Positions 58,465 to 64,000 of a DNA stretch of 64,000 bases are shown piece after piece. The notes beneath the pieces were generated by a model that saw only the letters and a program-made list of their open reading frames with translations, was not told the origin of the DNA and searched no databases. The position numbers were made by a program, and so were the translations under genes. The first letter of the stretch is position 1. Every line of letters starts with the position of its first letter. This DNA comes from the human T2T-CHM13v2.0 reference genome, Homo sapiens, in assembly GCF_009914755.1 (NCBI RefSeq), contig NC_060929.1. One strand, given 5' to 3'.

Positions 58465-58826
58465 TGATATGGTTTGGCTCTGTGTCCCCACCTAAATCTC
58501 ATGTTGAATTGTAATCCCCACATGTGGAGGGAGGGAGGTGACTGGGTCATGGGGGCAGTTCCCCGATACTGTTCTCGTGATAGTGAGTGAGTTCTCACAT
58601 GATCTGAGGGGTTCACAAGCATCCAGTGTTTCTCGTGCTTGTGCTTTCCTTTCTTTCCTGCCACGTGAAAGGTCCAAATTTGCTTCCCCTTTGCCTTCTG
58701 CCATGATTGTAAGTTTCCTGAGGCCTCCCCAGCCATGTAGAACTGTGAGTCAATTAAAGCTCTTTCTTTTATAAATTACCCAGTCTTGGGTATTTCTTTA
58801 TAGCAGTGTGGGAAGGAACTAATACA
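58465..58826 (+). mobile_element. THE1D/MSTA-like MaLR solo LTR
   Basis: tgatatggtttggctctgtgtcccc…ctaataca; TSD gtctg/ctctg. Confidence 0.94.
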
Positions 58827-59529
58827 CTCTGGAATTCTTCCTTTTACTGCTAAGGGCTTCTTGAGTCGTGTTTCCTCACTTACCACCCCAGAACTCCAAG
58901 TTGGGGTACTGCCCGTTGGGTTTCCAGGGTAAATTCAGGGAGTCTTGGTCAGGCCTTTCTCAATCAATCAGAAAACTTTTGATAACACCACTCTCAGGGC
59001 CAAGGCTCAAGGTCTTTACGTTGGGCTTCTAGGAAACTCTTGGCCCCTTTACAAATCGGCCTCCTCCCTTCAGTCATCTGAACAGTCCAGAGGCCTCCCA
59101 GCTCCTCCTCATGGGCAGCCTCTCACGGGCATGCATGGGCTGGCCTAAGAGGCATGCTCCTTGGAGCTTGGAATGTGCTGCAGTGACGAGGATCCCCTCC
59201 AAGCCCTATCACCACACAGAGAAGTCTCTGGAAACCTTTCACTGGCAGACACTTGTTCATAGATAGGAAAGGAGCCCACCAACTCTCTGATGGGAGAAGC
59301 AAAGTGCAGTGAATCCTACCACCACCTGCAAATACTGACACCTCTCTTCTATCCATCCAGCTCTGTGATTTTTGCACACTGCTTTCGGCATTGAATGTAT
59401 TGTTTGTCTTGGGTCTTTAACTGCAGGTTTTATTTGACTTATCATGGGACCAAACCCAGCCAAGGTCCTGGCTTCCCTGTTGAGAATGCTCACATCGTCA
59501 CAGGGACAGCTCCAGCCTTGGTTCTACTC

Positions 59530-59778
59530 AGCTCACTTCTCGCCTCCTGCCGTTTTCTCTGCCAGTCACTCCGCTCCGGCTGCTCCTTATGTTTTCCTCA
59601 GCACCCCCGGCAGCTGGGTCTGGGCGTGTTTGTGCTGGTGGTTCCTTCTGCACAGATGCTGCTCCCGGCCTTCCTGCAGGGCTCATCCCTCAGCTCCTTC
59701 CTGGATGCCACCTTCTCCGGTAAGCATGCCCTGACCACCCTCTTTCTACAGAGCTGGCTCTCTCCCTCTACTTTCTGC

Positions 59779-59822
<44 letters not shown>

Positions 59823-59995
59823 GCAAATATATATATATATATTTTTTCCCATATAGATAATTTACTTATTTGTATGTTTACTTTTATGGTACTACCATTC
59901 CCCAACCACCAGAATGTAAACCCCCGGAGGGCAGGGATCAGAGATCTTTGTCCATTTTGTTCCCCAGTGGATTCCACAAGCCCAGAGCAAGCATC
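59530..59995 (+). mobile_element. L2 3' fragment with an internal (TA)n
   Basis: …accagaatgtaaacccccggagggcaggga…tttgtccattttgttccc. Confidence 0.65.
59782..59842. repeat. (TA)n microsatellite, interrupted
   Basis: Directly visible. Confidence 0.95.
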
Positions 59996-61148
59996 TTTGT
60001 CAAAGGACACATGAGTGGATTTGAGGGACAGTGGACGGTGTGCTCACTAGGCCCCTCGCCAGCGGCCAGCCAGCCACGCTCCTGACAGCCAGCATACCGT
60101 GCAGGTGCATCCTTGCCAACACAAACCTCCCAAATTCCCCAGGTGAGAGATGGGAAGAGGGGATGGTCCCAGGGACTATTTACCTTCCCTGACCTCAAGT
60201 TTTCTTTCAAGTTTAATCTTTTAAATTATGAAACAAGCTACTAAACAAGAGAGGCTATAAAGCCACCGCAATTGTGGTTTCTGACAGTCAGTGGATTCAG
60301 GAGAGGGAAAATGGAGACGTCTGTTCCAGGAGCGGGAAGGTCGGGTGAGGCTCTGCTTCCCTGTGCGACTCCTCACCTGCTGGAAGTCTCTTCTGTTCAC
60401 GTCGCTTCTAGGCTGTTAGAAGTTTAGCCTTTTGTTAAATTATTTAGAGCTTTTGGGGGCTGCCAGTCAGGATAGGATTAAAGCCAGATATTTCTTTCTT
60501 GGTCCTGTTGGCCTGCTGCTACATATCTTTAATAACTAAATGTCTTCAAGAAGCACAATTTCAATAGAAGTAAATTAGCATTTGATACAGATTAATCCTG
60601 CTGAATGAAGTTCACTCCAGATCACAGGAAGAGCCATGCTTTTGCTGTAGTCACCGCGAAAAGAAATTCTCAATGAAATTTAATCAAAAGTTACGTCTTC
60701 TTCCTTAAATTTTTTTAAGTTTTCTTATGCTAATTTGAAGGTGAAATGTACTTTGTATTAAGCTGATGATATGGAATTAATTTGATGTTAGAATTATTAG
60801 GAAAGTCATTAGAAAATCATAAATAACTTGTAAAAACCTTAGCAAAGCATTTATATGTCTATGGTGTCTTAGCTTAAAATTTGTCTTATGAACATATTAC
60901 TTTCAGCAAAAATAAATAATTCTAACTCAACATTATCGACAATTTTAAAAAATAGCCGAAACCGTTCTTCCGTCTCTCAGTTAGGATTGTCATGCTGCTA
61001 TTTCAGTGGGCTATGCAAGCTTATAAAAACCCTTCCTAACTGGAATTTCTCATCTTGTTCGTGGATTACCATAGTGTTAGAGGTTCATGATTTATTCACA
61101 TTCTCAATTTGTTATGAATAGAGAAATGACAACTTACTCAATACTCAC

Positions 61149-61166
61149 CTTTTATGAAATTTCTGT
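61149..61166 (-). other. Candidate 18-nt microexon
   Basis: Minus strand reads ctttctttcctcag|ACAGAAATTTCATAAAAG|gtgagt. Confidence 0.25.
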
Positions 61167-61176
61167 CTGAGGAAAG

Positions 61177-61400
61177 AAAGATACCAGTAGCTGCCATTTA
61201 CTAAGTGTTAGCTATGGCCTAACTGTATGCTAAGCTTTTGACATATATTATCTCATTTAATTCTCACAACAATGCAAGGACATAGATATCACAACTCTGA
61301 ATTTAAGAGATAGGGAGACAAAGGCTTCACACAGGCTAATGCATGTCTAGGTCTCTAGAGTTAATCAATAGACAAGACCCGAATCTAAGGCTGTCTGATG
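61177..61400 (-). mobile_element. MIR
   Basis: agtagctgccatttactaagtg…tgctaagc…tattatctcatttaattctcacaac. Confidence 0.85.
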
Positions 61401-64000
61401 AAAGAAGCTTCAATCAATCACAGTGAAGCAGAGCCAAGGGGAGCGAAGAAGACAGAGGGACAATTACTAAACACCTACTGTTTGAGGGGCATTTTTACAT
61501 TTAAACTGTATTAAGACATTTTACATTTAAACTTACATTAACCTCAAAGCAAACTTCAAGGGAGTGCTCATGATCCTCTTTTCTGGAAGAAAAGATGGGA
61601 ACCCAGGAAGCCTAAGGAATATTCATAAGGCTGGCCAGCCGGCAGCTGGTGAGCAGCTGAGCAGGGTTTGAATTCAGAGCTGCTGTGGCCTTCCCGTCAC
61701 CATCTCCACTCTCTGGACCCTCCAGGCTGCTGGATTTCCTCCTGAGACATCACCTGGCCTCATCGTGAGTGTCTGTTTACTCTTAGGCATAATGGTCCCT
61801 CCCCATGGGTGTGTCTTTGTTTTTAAACTCCTTAAGACATCAGTGTCCTCAAGTGTGTTGGGAAGACAAGACAGGAAATGGAAGAGTAGCTTTGGGAACA
61901 CATCCTCCCTCTCGAGACAGAGCAGGACCTCAGCTCCACTGTGGGCATTTTCCTAGATGTGATTTAATTTTTGGCTTTCAAGACAGCATAAAAGGTTTGC
62001 CTTTGCCCGGCAGACTCAAAGCAGAAGCTCCCCATGGCTGAGCGACTGCACACAGCAGAGAACTGAGCAGCAGGGTTGGAGGACATCGCAGGGGGTGGCT
62101 GCAGAGACCCTGGACATGCACCTTGCTGCCTCTTCCCAACACAAGGCATGCCATTGACCCGGCGTGTGCCTGCCCAGCCTCTGCTCTGGCCAACTGTGCC
62201 ACCCATGGGGCCTCCAGCTGTGAGGCCTAACAGCCCATATGCCTGGCAGCCGGCCCTCTGACAAGCTCACGGGTGGGACTGAGACACCATCCCTCTCTGC
62301 TCTCTTCCCTCTGCATCTGAAGTGAATGAATACATTCATGTTTCAGGAGGAGAAGATCATAACTGTCAGGACTGTCACAGCCAGGCAGCAGTCATGTGGG
62401 GACTCTGTTCCTTTGAGCTTCAGTGTGGCTTTCTTGGGTTTGCAGATGACATTCAAGTGGGAAGGAAGAGGATGGCACTTTCCCCCTGAGAATGACTTCC
62501 TGGTCCAGGTGTGGTCCTGGAGGCGGTAATTCTTCGCTTTGATCTTTGTCCCTATAGTTCCTGTCTTCGGGGTGGGGTTCTCGGTCCCTCATGGCCAGGA
62601 TGTTGCCCCCTCTTCTGCAGTCCTTCCTCAACCCTGGATTCCCTTTAAAACTCTGCTTCCCAGGGCTTCCTCTCTGGTTTCACGGGGCGACGATTTCACC
62701 TTTTGAGCTACCAGCAGGGTCCCAATCAAGGCAAAGGAGATGTGAAGAAGCGAGTGTGGCTTCCCTGAGGTTTTCACAGCCTCTCAAAGCTGCTGTTGAT
62801 CAATAATAAATGGAATCCCAAGCAGACAGCTCCCAAGTCAAGCTGGAGCAGGCAGCAACTCAGGAGGGGCATTCGGGGCGATGCCCAGGCTCAGGTCACA
62901 CAGGATGGCCCCAAGCATGGATAGCTCCTTCCAGGCCACGCCCTGAGAGTCTGGCTTGCCTTAGCCTCTTCCTGCCCTTTGCTGGAGCCTCCTCCTGGGC
63001 TGAGGAGTGCCCATGGTGTGCATCAGGGTGATAGCCCTGACTGCCAACCTGACATTCAGGGCCACAACTGGGAGCCCTGTTGTTGGGAGAATTTACACCA
63101 TGGGAACTGGCAAACATGGTGAACCAGCCACTTCTTACAACTGTTCTTCTCCCAAGCATGGGTTACCTGGTTATTAAGTATATTGTCCTTCCTCAGCCCA
63201 GCTAATTCTAACATCTTCTCTTAATTCTAACATCAGTGCCCACCTTGCTATAGTATGGGGGCTTTTAGAAAGCAGGGAGAAAAGCAGTGAGTGAGCATCT
63301 GTTCTTTTCATGGTGGGAAGGCAGCTGTGTGGACCATGAGAGGGTGCCTCCTGCAGCACATGGGGAGCACCTGCCCCAGCAGACTCCCAGCCTGGCAGTG
63401 GGCACTGGCCAGTCCTGGGTGTGTTTGGTGGAAGCCTCTCCATTTTCAGTCCCAGAAGGAGTCTCCTTGTTGTGACATCTGTAAAAAGGAAGACCCTCTA
63501 GGAGGAGACAGTGCCCCCAAAAAAGGGCCAGTGTGGCCTCAGCAGGGCCCTCCTGGAAGAGGGTGCTTGTGGTTCTGGCTTTTTCTCCTCTGCTTCTGTG
63601 ATGGGGCCTGTAGACCCAGCTGCTCAGACTGTGGGGCTGTGGGCAGGCTGTTCCTGGTCCCATAAGAGGGTGAAAGGTCTCACCTGAAATGCTGCCCTGC
63701 TTCCCTGTGTGGATGACACCTTCTGGGAGGTGTTTAATTTTCCAAGGCCCTTTGAAGGACCCCACAGATCCTTCAATTCAGTTCAAAACTAGGCCCAAAG
63801 GTATGGGGTCAAGACAGACTGGGCTTGGGAAGTACCTAGAGTCAGGGTGGTAACTGTCCTTGCACTGGTGTGGGCTCATTCTGAGAGGGGAGGAGACTGG
63901 ACGTGGGGAATTCCACACACACTTCAGTAGAAAATATCTTGAGGGGACATAGGGACAGATAGTCCAGTAATGGAGGTTCTTCTTCCAGTATGGGAGCTAC

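Overview
This is primate (human-like) genomic DNA, non-coding and rich in repeats, and I found no credible protein-coding gene. It contains 12 Alus (J, S and Y types), a full-length but inactivated L1PA7-like LINE-1 with its target-site duplication (TSD), several older L1 fragments, seven MaLR LTRs (THE1/MLT1), L2, MIR and hAT fossils, three large minisatellites (24, 33 and 57-58 bp units), one short 30-bp tandem repeat and several microsatellites. The long ORFs in the track come from these repeats. The most notable items are a 57-bp VNTR born inside an old L1 that multiplies AGGTCA direct repeats, a polarised 33-bp VNTR whose consensus is stop-free in all six frames, a twin-primed and internally deleted L1 nested in an MLT1, a ~640-bp purine tract inside an Alu TSD, a THE1 LTR with an intact DUX4 motif, an unexplained ~108-bp local duplication, and a few candidate exons and enhancers. 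I see no evidence for a new multi-gene system. Subfamily calls come from remembered consensus sequences and edges of old elements are approximate.
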